Shown here one piece after another: positions 1 through 12,175 of a stretch of DNA of 64,000 nucleotides; the first letter of the stretch is position 1; each line of letters starts with the position of its first letter. This stretch comes from the human T2T-CHM13v2.0 reference genome, Homo sapiens. Below the pieces are notes generated by a model. The model was not told where the DNA came from, ran no database searches, and saw nothing but the letters and a program-made list of their open reading frames with translations. The stretch lies in assembly GCF_009914755.1 (NCBI RefSeq), contig NC_060926.1; one strand, written 5' to 3'. Made by a program: the position numbers and the translations under genes.

Positions 1-289
1 ACAGCCTAATACACGTTTCACAAGCACACATGGAATATTCTGCAGAACAGATCATATTTTAGGCCACAACACACATCCTAATATATTCAAAATGATTAGA
101 ATTATACAAAATATGTTTTCTGATTGTAATGGAAATAGAAGGGAACTTTCTCAACCTGGCAAGGGTATCTGTGGAAAATCCAGTTAACGTCATACATAAT
201 GGTGAAAGTCTGAATATTTTCCCCATAAGAACAGGAATAATACAAGGATATCATTCTGTTTATTGTTGTGCTGCAAGTTCTAACCCTAG
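1..289 (+). mobile_element. Old L1 (L1MB-like) ORF2 fragments: endonuclease piece (1-~136) joined to RT piece (~137-289)
   Basis: 1-136 matches decayed EN motif (..HGxFxxxDHILGH..IFSDxNG); ORF 129..332 'IEGNFLNL..NVIHNGESLNIFPIRTG..QG' matches L1 RT 'IEGxxLNLIKAIY..NIILNGEKLKAFPLRSGTRQG'. Confidence 0.85.
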
Positions 290-707
290 TGTATTAATCT
301 GTTCTCACAGTGCTATACTTGAGTCTGGCTAACATATTTTTAAAAAGAGGCTTGATTGGCTCATAGTTCTGCAGGCTGTACAGGAAAAATAGCAGTTTCT
401 GCTACTGGGAAGGTCTCAGGAAGCTTCCAATCATGGAGGAAGGCAAATGGGGGAGTGAGAGGTCTTACATGGTGGAAGAAGGAGCAAGAGAGAGCGATGG
501 GGGAGGTACTGCATACTTTTAAACAACCATATCTCTTGAGAACCCACTCACTATCACAAGAACAGCACCAAGCACATGGTGCTAAACCATTCATGAGAAA
601 TCCACTTCCATTATCCAACCACCTCCCTCCCATCAGGCCCCACTTCCAACATTGGGGATTACAATTCAACATGACATTTGGTGAAGACATAGATCCAAGC
701 CATATCA
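290..707 (-). mobile_element. MaLR solo LTR, MSTA-like
   Basis: TGTATTAATC...CCATATCA termini; typical MST internal motifs (ggctcatagttctgcaggctgtacaggaa; ggtgctaaaccattcatgagaaatcc); interrupts L1 RT, which resumes at 708. Confidence 0.9.
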
Positions 708-810
708 CATGGCAACTAGACAAGGAAAAGAAGCAAAATACATACATACTGGAAAGGAAGAAATGAAACTATTAAGAGATGTCATGATCTTATACACAGA
801 AAAGGCTAAA
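708..810 (+). mobile_element. Old L1 ORF2 RT continuation
   Basis: Decayed 'RQEKEIKGIQIGKEEVKL..DDMILY.E.PK' coding sequence. Confidence 0.8.
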
Positions 811-3622
811 GAGAAGAAGGATCAAGATGGCCAACTAAATACAGGTACTATGTGCTTCCACCATGGGGAAGAGCCAGAATAGGAAGTAGATACTCAAATT
901 TCAAACATATCTTCTAGGAGAGAATGTTTGGATTCATCACAGAAGAGATGGAAAGCACCAGAAATAAGTAGGAAGAGAGTTTGAGGCAGATTGTCCAGCT
1001 AGGAACTTACTGAGAGTTGGGAGAAATGCCTTGATGTGGGGAAACAGTAACAGAGAAATACCCAGACCTCTGAAATGAACTTTAACAAACCTGGCATGGG
1101 AGAAACCATCAACCCACTAGGTCCTCGTGCCTGACATATGGAGCTGCCTAGATTTTGCACAGAGACGTTGCTCCAGAAAGGGTTCCTACACAGAATCCCA
1201 CAGTTATCTGTGTCAGGAGCAGCCTCAGTCAGGAGCCATTTTCAGAACCAAGATGCTGTGGACCTATAGACCATGGCTGCAACCACTGTGCTGCTCCAAG
1301 AAGGGAGAGGGGTGAATAGGTGCACCCATACACCCCTGGGTGGGTACTTGCTGTCCTGCTACAAACTACTGTTGAGACTGAGATATAAGTGGATCACACT
1401 TCTCCAGAGTCTTACTCATGCTGCTTGCCTGGATGGTGTCCCATCCCCTCTGGTTCCAGACCAAGGCACCATTTTGAGAGCTTAGTGGTGGGCTGAGGCT
1501 TGCCTTCGACCTGAGCTCAGGCTGACAAGGTTAAAGCCACCCCCTGACCAAGGACTGACAGGAAATCCAGGCTATCCTATATATATATATATAGTCATAC
1601 CCAGTGCTCTGAAACAGGCTGCTGTGAGACTGAAACATGATCAGACCACACTCTCCACAGCTTTTTGCTCACACTGCTTGCCTAGGTCATCCTCCACCCT
1701 TTCTGTTCCCAGTCCAAAACTTCACCATTGTCTTGATTTTGGGCTGATGCACTCTAGCTGCCACCCAGCCAAAGAGGGACAGGGAAGCCAGGTTCTCCTA
1801 TGCATACCTAGGACAATACTCAATGCCCTGGTACAGGCTGCTGTGAGGCCAAGATTTCAGTGGACCACACTTCCCAAAGCTTCTTGCCTATTCACTAGAA
1901 TGGGGCCCCACCCTCCCCAGTCACAAGCCCACAACTGACACCATTTTGATAGTATATAGACAGCATTTGGTGACCTGGTAGCAGCAGCCACAGCAGGTAT
2001 TTTAGTCTCGAGACAGAAACTGGAGTGCTTGCTCTTGAATGAGGGAATGGTCCCACAGCCAGAATTGAGCAATGAGTGTGGAGAGTACCCAAGCAGTAGG
2101 TGCTGCAATTAGGCTCTCTCCCATCACTGAACTAGAGGGGGAAGGTAATCGTGGAAGCTGAAGGCAGCAAGACTTGCAGCTAGGGACAGCTTTGTGACCT
2201 AGAACCAGTCTCCACATGTTATTTCTGGGTGCCCCAGCCTGCTCGCTTGCTCAGCTTGGGGACAGTGCTCTGCCAGCTCCAAAGAGTGGAAAGGAGGTGG
2301 AGCTCACTTCCCTGGAGATCTAACCCTTGGCACAATCCACCCCTGAATGGGCAGTGCAGCCTGCCAAAGTTCCCTTGGGTCAAAGAAAATGTGAACATGG
2401 TGCCAGCTGCTGAAGGTGTCACCACTAAAGCCCAGGAATGGAAGTGGGGGGCAGTCATCTCTCCAGCCTGCCTCCCTCTTTGGTGCACCTTTGTGGACTC
2501 AGCTGTGGCTCTTCCCATCTTGGACCAGCGAATGGACTAAAAGAGATCATTTCTTGGGCTTCCGTAGTGCCTCCACCTCACTGAAGATGAATGTGCATGC
2601 ACTGGGAAAAGGCACGTTTCATGCTTCTCTGTTGCTTCCACTCCTGCCCCTATGCGCTGGTTCCTATTCTTAAGTGCCACCTACTGGACTTCAGCCTGAA
2701 TTACACCACCAAACAAAATCATATTGCTACAAAAAGTGATGTCTGAGAAAGCCACTGCACAAACCTACCTGCAACCAGAAAACTTGTAAAGACCCTTGAT
2801 ACCCTGAAAGCAGCCAGAGACAAAGCCAACTGACCATACACAACATACACCACAGTTATTACTCCTGAGGGGAAAAACCAATAAAATATCAAGAAGTACC
2901 ATCCAAAATATAGCAAATTCAAAAAAAAAAATAGTGTTAGCTTTCTCAGATGAGAAGAAGCCAGCAGCATAAGAACTCTGGCAATACAAAAAGCCAGAAC
3001 ATTTCATCAACTCCAAAGGATCTCACTAGCTCCCAAGCAATGGCTCCTAACCAGAATGAAATGTGTAAAATGACAGACACAGTATTCAAATATGAATGGG
3101 AAAGAAATTCAATGAGATCCAAGAGAAAGTTAAAATCGATCACAAAGAAGCCAGAAAAATGAACCAAGATTGGAAAGATGACATAGCCATATTAAGAAAG
3201 AAACAAACAGAACTTTTGGAATTGAAAAATTCACTACAGAATTTCAAAATACAGTGAGAAGCCTTAAAAACAAACTAGATTAAGCAGAATTTCAGAGCTT
3301 AAAATCAGTCCTCTGAATCAACTCAGTCAGCAAAAATAAAGAAAAAATAATTTTAAAAAATGAACAATGGCTTCAAGAAATATGGGATTATGTAAGGTAA
3401 CCACATGTATGACTTAATGGCATTCCTGGGAGAAGAGAAAAGAAAGTAAGCAACTTGAAAAAAATTTTGAGGATCTAATTTAGAAAAATTTGCCCAATTT
3501 TGTTAGACAGGTCAACATGCAGATAAAAGAAATTCAGAGAACTCCTGTGATATACTATATAAGAAGACCATCCCCAAGACACATAGTCATTATACTATCC
3601 AGGGTCAATGCCAAAAAAAAAA
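811..3622 (+). mobile_element. Near-full-length L1 (L1PB/L1PA16-era): 5'UTR (~811-2950) and 5' half of ORF1
   Basis: Starts with caagatggccaacta (YY1-type L1 5' end); ORF1-like 'MRRSQQHKNSGNTKSQN..TPKD.TSS.AM.PNQNE' at 2950; degenerate TSD agaaaaggctaaa (798-810) / agaaaaccctaaa (9802-9814). Confidence 0.85.
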
Positions 3623-6080
3623 ATTGAAGTCAAACTATTGCTCTTTGCTGATGGTATAATTCTATCCATAGAAAACCCTAACAACTCCACCCAAAGACTG
3701 CTGGAACTGAAAAACAAATTCAGTAAAGTTTCAGAATATAAAATTGATATATAACAATTGGTAACATTTCTATACATCAGTAGTGTTCTAGCTGAGAACA
3801 AAATCAAGAATACAATCTCAAGAAAATAAAATATCTAGGAATTCATACAACAAAGAGATGAAAGATTTCTACATGAAGAACCACAAAACTGCTGAAAGAA
3901 ATCATATACAATACAAGCAAATGAAAAAATATTCCATGCTCATCGATTAGAAGAATCAATACAGTTATTATAAAATAATCATACTTTCCAAAGCAATCTA
4001 TAAACTTAATGCTATCGCTGTCAAAATACCAATGCCATTTTTCACAGAATTAGAAAAAATCTATTTTAAAATTTATTTGGAACCAAAGAAGAGCCCAAAT
4101 AGTTAAAGAAATCCTAAATAACAACAACAACAAAAAAGAAAGCTGGAGGAATCACATTGGCTGACTTCCAAGTTTATTCTAAAGCTATTAAAATAAGCTC
4201 TAAAGCTACTAAAGAAAGCTGGAGGCATCACATTGGCTGACTTCTAAGTTTATTCTAAAGCTACTAAGATAAGCTTCTAAAAGTAAAGTAAGCTACTAAA
4301 ACTACTAAAGTAAGCTTCTAAAGTAATCAAAATAGCATGATAGCATTACAAACAATATACACATAGATCAATGGAACAGAATAGAGAACCTAGAAATAAA
4401 CCCACATACCTACAACCATCTGATCTTCAACAAAATCAACAAAAATAAGCACTGGAGAAAGGACTCCCTATTTAACAAATGGTACTGGGATAACTGGTGA
4501 ACCACAGGCAGAAGAATAAAACTGGAAACTTACATCTCACCATATACAAAAATTAATTCAAGATAGATTAAAGATTTAAATCTAAGATCTCAAACTAAAA
4601 ATGATAGAAGAAAATCTAGGAAATACCCTTCTAGACATAGACTTTTGCAAACAACTTATGGCTAACTCATCAAAAGCAATGACAACAAAAGCTAAAATTG
4701 ACAAGTGGGACCAAATTAAACTATAGAGCTTCTTCTGCACAGTGAAAGAAATTAACAACAGAGTAAACAGACAGGTTGCAGAATGGGAGAAAATATCACA
4801 AACTGTGCATCTGACAAAAGACTAATGTGTTAGTCTGTTCTTATGCTGCTAATAAAGGCAAACTGGAGACTGGGTAACTTATAAAGGAAAAAGGTTTAAT
4901 TGACTCATAGTTCCACATGGCTGGGGAGGCCTCACAATCATGGCTGAAGGTGAACAAAGAGCAAAGTCACATTTTACATGGTGGCAGGCAAGATAGCATG
5001 TGCAGGGGAATTCCTATATTTATAAAATTATCAGATCTCATGAGACTTATTCACTACCATGAGAACAGTATGGGGGAAATAGCCACCATGTTTCAATTAT
5101 TTTTACCTGGCCCCACCCTTGATACCTGGCAATTATTACAATTCAAGGTGAGATTTGGGTGGGGACACAGACAAATCATATCAACTAATATCTAGAATCT
5201 GTTAGCAAATTAAACAAATCAACAAGTAAAAACTAAAAATCCAGTTAAAAATGGGCAAAGGACATGAACAGACCCTTCTTAAAAGAAGTCACACAAGTGG
5301 CCAATAAACATGCAAAAATGTTCAACATGACTAATCATCAGAGAAATGCAAATTAAAACCACAGTGAGAAACTGTCTCACACCATTGAAAATGGCCATTA
5401 TTAAAAAGTCAATAAAGAATAGATAGTGGAAAGGCTGTGGAGAAAAGAGAACACTTATACACTGATGGTGGGAATACACTGTGGGAACAGTTTGGAGATT
5501 TCTCAAATAACTTAAAATAGAACTCCAATTTAATCTAGCAATTTCACTACTGGATGTATATCCGAAAGAAAATAATTCATTGTATCAAAAAGTCACATGT
5601 GCCCATACGTTTACTGCAGTCCTATTCACTATGAAAAGGCATAAAATCAACCTAGGTGCCCATCAATAGTGGTTTGGATAAAAAAATGTGGTACATATAC
5701 ACCCTTGAATACTATGCAGCCATAAAAAAGAACAAAATTATGTTCTTTGCAGCAATATGAATGGAGCTGGAGGCCATTATCCAAGTGAACTAACACAAGA
5801 ACAGAAAAGCACATACTGCATGTTCTCACTTGTAAGTGGGAGCTAAAAATTGAATACACATGAATGTGAAGACAGGAACAATAGACACTGGGGACCACTA
5901 AACAGGGGAGGGAGGGATGGAGTGGGGAATGGGCTGAAGAACCATCTGTTGGGTACTATGCTTACTGCCAGAGTGATGGGATCATTGGGATCCCCAAACC
6001 TGTACATCATGCAATATACCCATGTATCAAACCTGCATGTGAACCCTTTAATCCATAATAAAAGTTGAAATTATTTTTTT
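3623..6080 (+). mobile_element. 5'-truncated L1 (L1PA16/L1PB-like), ORF2 3' half plus 3'UTR, inserted into ORF1 of the host L1
   Basis: Begins at RT 'EVKLLLFADG..ENP'; ends with 3'UTR aataaaagttgaaattattttt; host ORF1 resumes at aaagaaaaaatcttaaaggtagcagagaaaa (KEKILK.AxxK). Confidence 0.88.
4826..5183 (-). mobile_element. THE1-type MaLR solo LTR
   Basis: TG...CA termini, ~358 bp, THE1 motifs (gttccacatggctggggaggcctcacaatcatggc); perfect 5-bp TSD ACTAA at 4821-4825 and 5184-5188. Confidence 0.93.
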
Positions 6081-9000
6081 AAAAAAGAAAAAATCTTAAA
6101 GGTAGCAGAGAAAATCCAAATTACCTATTACTGTATTTCTCAGCAGATATTTTATAAGCCAGTAGAGATTATGGCATATTTTTAGCATTCTTAAAGAAAA
6201 GAAGTGCCAGCCAATAATTTCCTATCTTGCTGAACTAAGCTACATAAACAAAGGAGAAATGAACTGTTTCCTAGACAAACAATTGCTAAGGGAATTTGTC
6301 ATCCAAAGACCAGCCCTACGAGATATGCTTAAGGGAGTTCTAAACATGGAAACTAAAGACCAATACTTGCTACCCCAAAAGCACATGCAAGCACACAGCC
6401 CATTGATCCTATAAAGCAACTACACAAACAAGACTACAAAAGGAGATAGGGAGATCTCAAATTAACAACCTGATTTTGCACCTAAAAAAACCTAAAAATA
6501 TAAGAACAAACTGAATCCAAAGCTAGCAGAAGAAAAGAAACAACCTAAATTAGAGCAGAACTAAATAAAATTAACCCCCTTGAATTATACAAAGAATCAA
6601 TGAAACAGAAAGTTGGTTGTTTGAAAGAGTAAAGAAGACTGAAAGATCACTAGCTAGATTAACCAAAAAGGTAGAGAGATCCAAATAAACACAATCAGAA
6701 ATGGCAAAGGTGACATCACAATTAATCCCACAGAAATACAAATGATCCTTAGAGACTATTATGAAAATATTTATGCACACAAACTGGAAAGTCCATAGAA
6801 AATGGGTAAATTCCTGGAAAAAATCTCCCAAGATTGAATCAGGAAGAGACAAATTCCAAACAGACCAATAATGAGTAATAAAATGGAATCAGTAATAAAA
6901 AACCTTCCAACCAAGAAAAGCTCCAGACCAGATGGATTCACAGCCAAATTCTACCAGAAACACAAAGAAGAGCTACCAAAGTAGAGCTGGTAGCAGTCTT
7001 CCTGAAAGTATTCCAAAAAACAGAGGAACAGGGAATCCTACTTAACTCATTCTATGAAACCAGTATCATCCTAATACCAAAATCTGGCAGAGACACAATG
7101 AGGAAAGAAAACACTATAGGCAAATATAAAATACTGGCAAAATGAATCTTGCAGTACATCAAAAAGTTAATAGAACACAATCAAGTAGGTTTTATTCCTG
7201 GGATGCAAGGATGGTTCAACATATGCAAATTAATACATGTGACCTAGCACAGACAGAATTAAAAACGGAAACCATATGATCATCTCCGCAGATGAAGAAA
7301 AATAATTTGATAAAATCCAACATCCCTTCATGACAAAAAACCCTCAACAAACTAGGTATTGAATGAACATGCTCAAAATAATAGGTGCCATGTATGACAA
7401 ACCTACAGCCAACATTATACTCAATAGGTAAAAGTTGGAACCATACCCCCTAAGAACTGGAGCAAAATGAGGATGTCTACTCTCACTACTCCCATTCAAC
7501 ATAATACTGGAAGTCCTAGCCAGAGAAATCAGAAATGAAAGGCATCCAAATAGAAAAAGAGGAAGTCCAATTATCTTTCTTCAGTAGTAATACAATTGTA
7601 TTCCTCGAAAACCCTAAAGATTCCACAAAAAGGCTACTAGACCTGATAAACAACTTCAGCAAAGTCTCAGGATACAAAATTACTGTACAAAAATTAGTAA
7701 CATTTCTATGTAGCAATAACATGCAAGCTGAGAACCAAACCAAGAATGCAATTCCATTTACAATAGCCACAGAAAATAAAATACCTAGGAATTCATCTAA
7801 TCAGGGAGGTGAAACATCTCTACATGGAGAACTGCAAAACTGCTGAAAGAAATCATAGACAACACAAACAAATGGAAAAGCATTCCATGCTCATGAAATG
7901 GAAGAATCAGTATAGTTAAAATGTCCATATTTCCCAAAGCAAGTTACAGATTCAATCTATTCTTATCAAATGAGTAACGTCATTTTTCACAGCATTCTAA
8001 ATTTCATTTGGAACCAAAGAAAAGCCCAGATACCAAAGGCAATCCTAAACAAAAAGAATGAAGCTGGAGGCATCACATTGGCTGATTTCTAAGTTTATTA
8101 TAAGGCTACAATAATCAAAATAACATGGTACGAGTACAAAAAATAGATTCATAGGCCAGTGGAACAGAATAGAGAACCTAGAAATAAACCCACACACCTG
8201 ATCTGATCTTCAACAAAATCTACAAAAATAAGCAATAGGGAAAGGACTCCATATTTAATAAATGGTACTGGGATAACTGGTGAGCCACAGGCAGAAGAAT
8301 GAAACTGGACCCCTACCTCTCACCATATACAAAAATTAACTCAAGATGAATTAAAGATTTTAATGTAAGACATGAAACTATAAAAATTCTACAAGTAGAT
8401 CTAGGAAATCCTCTTCTAGACATTGGCTTAGGCAAATAATTTATGACTAAGTCCTCAAAAGCAAATTCGACCAAAATAAAAGTTGATAATTGGGACCTAA
8501 TTAAACTGAAGAGCTTCTACACAACAAAACAAACTATCAGCAGAGTCAACAGATAGCCTGAAGAATGGAAGAAAATATTTGCAAACTATGCATCTGAAAA
8601 AGTACTAATATCCAGAATTTGTAAGGAACTTAAATGAGTCAAGACAAAAACAAATAATCCCATTAAAAGGTAGGTAAATGTTATAAACAGACACTCCTCA
8701 AAAGAACACATACAAGCAGACAACAAACATATAAAAAATGCTAAAGATTATCAATTATCAGAGAAATGCAAACTAAAACCGCAATGAGATATCAACTTAT
8801 GCCAGTCAGAATGGCCATTATTAAAAAGTCAAAAAAAAAAAAAACAACCCAGATGTTGGCAAGACTGTGGAGGAAAGGGAACACTTAACCACTGTTGGAG
8901 GGAATGCAGATTAGTTCTATGGAAAGCAGTTTGGGGATTTCTCAGTTATCCAGCACCATTTATTGAACAGGGACTCCTTTCTCCATTGCTTATTTTTATT

Positions 9001-9801
9001 AATTTTGTTGAGGATCAGATGGTTTTAGGTATATGGGTTTATTTCTGGGTTCTCTATTCAGTTCCACTGGTCCATGTGTCTATTTTTGGTAATGGTATCA
9101 CGTTATTTTGATTACCATAGCCTTATAATAAACTTAGAAGTCAGCCAATGTGATGCCTCCAGCTTTGTGCTTTTTGTTTAGGATTGCTTTGGCTATTTGT
9201 GCTCTTTTTTGTTCCAAATGAATTTTAGAATAGATTTTTCTAATTTTGTGAAAAATTAGGTCTGTGGAAAGCAGTTTGGAGATTTCCCAAAGAACTAAAA
9301 TAGAATTACCATTTGACCCAGAAATCACATTACTAGGTATATGCCTAAAGGAAAATAAATCATTTGCACTTGTATGTTTATCACAACACTGTTGAAAATA
9401 GCAAAGATATGGAAACAAGCTTGGTGCCCCTCAATGGTGAATTAGATAAAGAAAATGTGATACATATATGGCATGGAATACTACATAGCTATAAAAAAGA
9501 ATGAAACCATGTCCTTTGCAGCAACACAAATGCAGCTGGAAGCAATTATCCTAAGTGAACTAATGCAGGAACAGAAAAACAGATGCCACATGGTCTCACT
9601 TATAAATTGGGAGCTAAACATTGGGTACACATGGACACAAAGATGGGAAAAATGAACACTAGGGATTCCACGTGGGGTGGTAGGGAGGGAGCCACGGGTT
9701 GAAAAACTATCGTTCAAACCTCAGAAGTTCAAACCTCAGTCCCATGTAATAAACCCCATGTAACAAATCTGCGCATGTACACCCAAATCTAAAATTTAAA
9801 A
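6081..9801 (+). mobile_element. Host L1 continued: ORF1 3' end, ORF2 lacking the EN domain, 3'UTR
   Basis: ORF 7535..7846 'KGIQIEKEEVQLS..ENPKDSTKRLLDLINNFSKVSGYKI.VQK' = L1 RT; ORF 9473 'MEYYIAIKKNE.MSFAAT.MQLEAIILSEL.QEQK' = ORF2 C-terminus; many stops and frameshifts. Confidence 0.9.
8945..9260 (-). mobile_element. Inverted L1 ORF2 internal fragment inside the host L1
   Basis: Minus-strand ORF 9134..9418 ends '[24 protein letters not shown]'; reverse-complement homologue of ~7985-8280. Confidence 0.9.
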
Positions 9802-10868
9802 AGAAAACCCTAAATGATAAGCAGACACACACACACACACACACAACTACTAGAGCTAATAAGGAAGTTTACAGAAGTTTCAGGACACAACAGCAATATA
9901 CAAATATCAATTGTAATTCTCTACACTAGCAGTGAATAATTCACAAATGAAAATAAGAAAATGATTCTACTTACAATAACCTCAAAAGGAATATAATATT
10001 AAGAAACACATTTAACCAAAAGGTCAGAGTTATATATTAATAAATACAAAATATAGTAAAAAAATTAAAGCCTAAATAAATAGAAAGACATCCTGTGTTT
10101 GTGGACTGAAATACTTCATATTGTTAATATGACAATACTCCCCAAATTGACTCATATAGATTCATTGCAATCTTTATGAGAATTCTAACTGCCTTGTTTG
10201 CAGAAATGGACAAGCTGAACCTTAAGTTCTTATGGAAATTTAAGAAACTTTGATTATTCAAAACAAATTTAAAAAATAAGAACAAAGTTGTACGACTTGT
10301 GGCAGAATAGATATACAGATCAATGTAATAGAATTGAGAGTTCAGAAATAAACCCATATATCTATGGTCAGTTGATTTTCAACAGTAATACAAACACCAT
10401 TTAATGGAGAAAGAAAGAATAGCTCAAAGGTAGAAACAGCCTTCATTTTCATTGACTGATATAAACGGATAATCAATGTGGCATATGTATACAATGGAAT
10501 ATTATTTAGCCATTAAAATGAATAGGTACTGATTCATGCTGCGACATAGATGAACCTTAAAAACTTTATGCTAAGTGACAGAAGACAGACACAAAAGGCC
10601 ACATATTTTCATTAATGTGAAATGTCCGGAATAGGCAAATCTAAAGAAACAGAAAGTAGATAATTGGTTTCCAGGGACTGGAGAGAGAGAAAAATTTGGA
10701 GTGACAGGTACAGGGGTTCTTTTAAGAAAATGAAGATATTCTGGAATTAGATAGTAGTGGCAGTTGTATAATAATTGTGAAGACATTAAAGATCACTGAA
10801 TTTTAAACTTCAAAATGATGAATTTTATGCTATATCCATTATGTCTCAATTTAAAATGCAAAAAAAAT
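9802..10868 (+). mobile_element. Old L1 (L1MB-like) ORF2 remainder and 3' end; (CA)n at ~9826-9845
   Basis: Resumes at 'ENPK..LLELI..F..VSG'; L1MB-type 3'UTR (aggcaaatctaaagaaacagaaagtagat...tatgtctcaatttaaaa) and A tail. Confidence 0.85.
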
Positions 10869-10889
10869 TATATAGTGGGTCATGTAGAT

Positions 10890-11260
10890 CTCCAGTGCAG
10901 GTCCAAATGCTTTACATGTATTCACTCTTTTAATCATAATAATGATCCTATAAGGTTTTCACTATATCTCCCCTCATTTTACATATAGGGAAACTGAAGC
11001 ATGAAAAGCACAAAGAGGTTAGGAACTTGCCCAAAGTCACACAGTGATGAGTGCTGGAGTCAGGACTTGAAGACTGACAGACCAGTTTCATGGTCCACTC
11101 AGTTATGGATGACCACTCTAGGAAGGCATAGTGCTGGGTACATTATGGTATTCTATTCGTCCCTAACAAGAGCTATATGAGGTAATTGTTATAATTCTCT
11201 CTTAATAGATGAGGAAAGTGAGGCTAAATACTGGTAACATTGCCTAGAGTCATATCTCCA
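10890..11260 (-). mobile_element. Two MIR fragments
   Basis: Core motifs cattttaca..gaaactgaagca..acttgcccaaagtcacacag and atagatgaggaaagtgaggct. Confidence 0.75.
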
Positions 11261-11939
11261 TGAAGACAATGAAACTAGAGTAATCAAAAGACTCATATAT
11301 AGAGAATATTAGATTGTTCTCATGCCCTGAATACACAAATCCTTCCTGTTTTCTTGCACTTGAAGCCTTATTGTGTTTATGTCTGTATCAATTTACCTGA
11401 CTTTAGAAAACCTATCCCCCTGCTAAATACATTTACATTATTAAACAGAGCAGGTAGAAGTCTTCAAGTGAAATTAATTTTGCAGGCTGCCGATAAGGAG
11501 GCTGAACACAGGAAGTAGTTTTACAATAAACTACTCAGTTTTATCTACGTCAGGAAGGAGGGCGGTGGCAGCAGCTTCACAGGAGGACCTAATGAATCAC
11601 TGCAATCTAATTTGTCCAAATAAACTTTCTTTTAAGACAGTTCCTAGCTAACTATGTCTATCAATTCCACAGTGTGGTGTAGAAGCTTAGGTCTGTTAAC
11701 AAAGAGAAAGGCAATGATAAGGTATATAATGATAATTATATACAAATGACTGAAGTACTGAGATAAGTTTTGGATTTCTTGAGGATAAGAGAACCCCAGG
11801 AAAATCAGGGATAAAAGAATGGATAGGAGCACATTTTTCATTAAAAAAAAAAACAAAGAAAATCAGAAGAAAGCAAAACTTAGATTAATTTTGTTAATAA
11901 TACCATCTGACCTCTTGTTCGGCTGTAGGCCTTGGACCT

Positions 11940-12175
11940 CAGTGCGGTGAAAGGGAAAGCATTGATGTTGAAACCAAATATGTTCCTAGTGGCCTCTGCC
12001 TATCTTTATAAACTTGAGCAAGTTTCCTAAATTATTTAAGTCCTAGTTTCAGTTTCTGTAAAATGACAATGATAATACTTGCTTCTCAGGGTTTTTATGG
12101 GGATTTACTAACATAATGGGTAATTTTTTAGTATAACTCATGGCAATGTACACTGGGTGCTTGATAAATGTGTTT
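11940..12175 (+). mobile_element. MIR
   Basis: cttgagcaagtt..tttctgtaaaatgacaatgataatact; 3' end gtgcttgataaatg. Confidence 0.7.

Noticed and set aside
356-766. Overlapping 136/128-aa ORFs
   Set aside because: Chance frames through an MSTA LTR
7535-7846. Reverse transcriptase-like ORF
   Set aside because: Dead L1 ORF2; the catalytic FADD motif is mutated (FSSN) and the surrounding frame is broken
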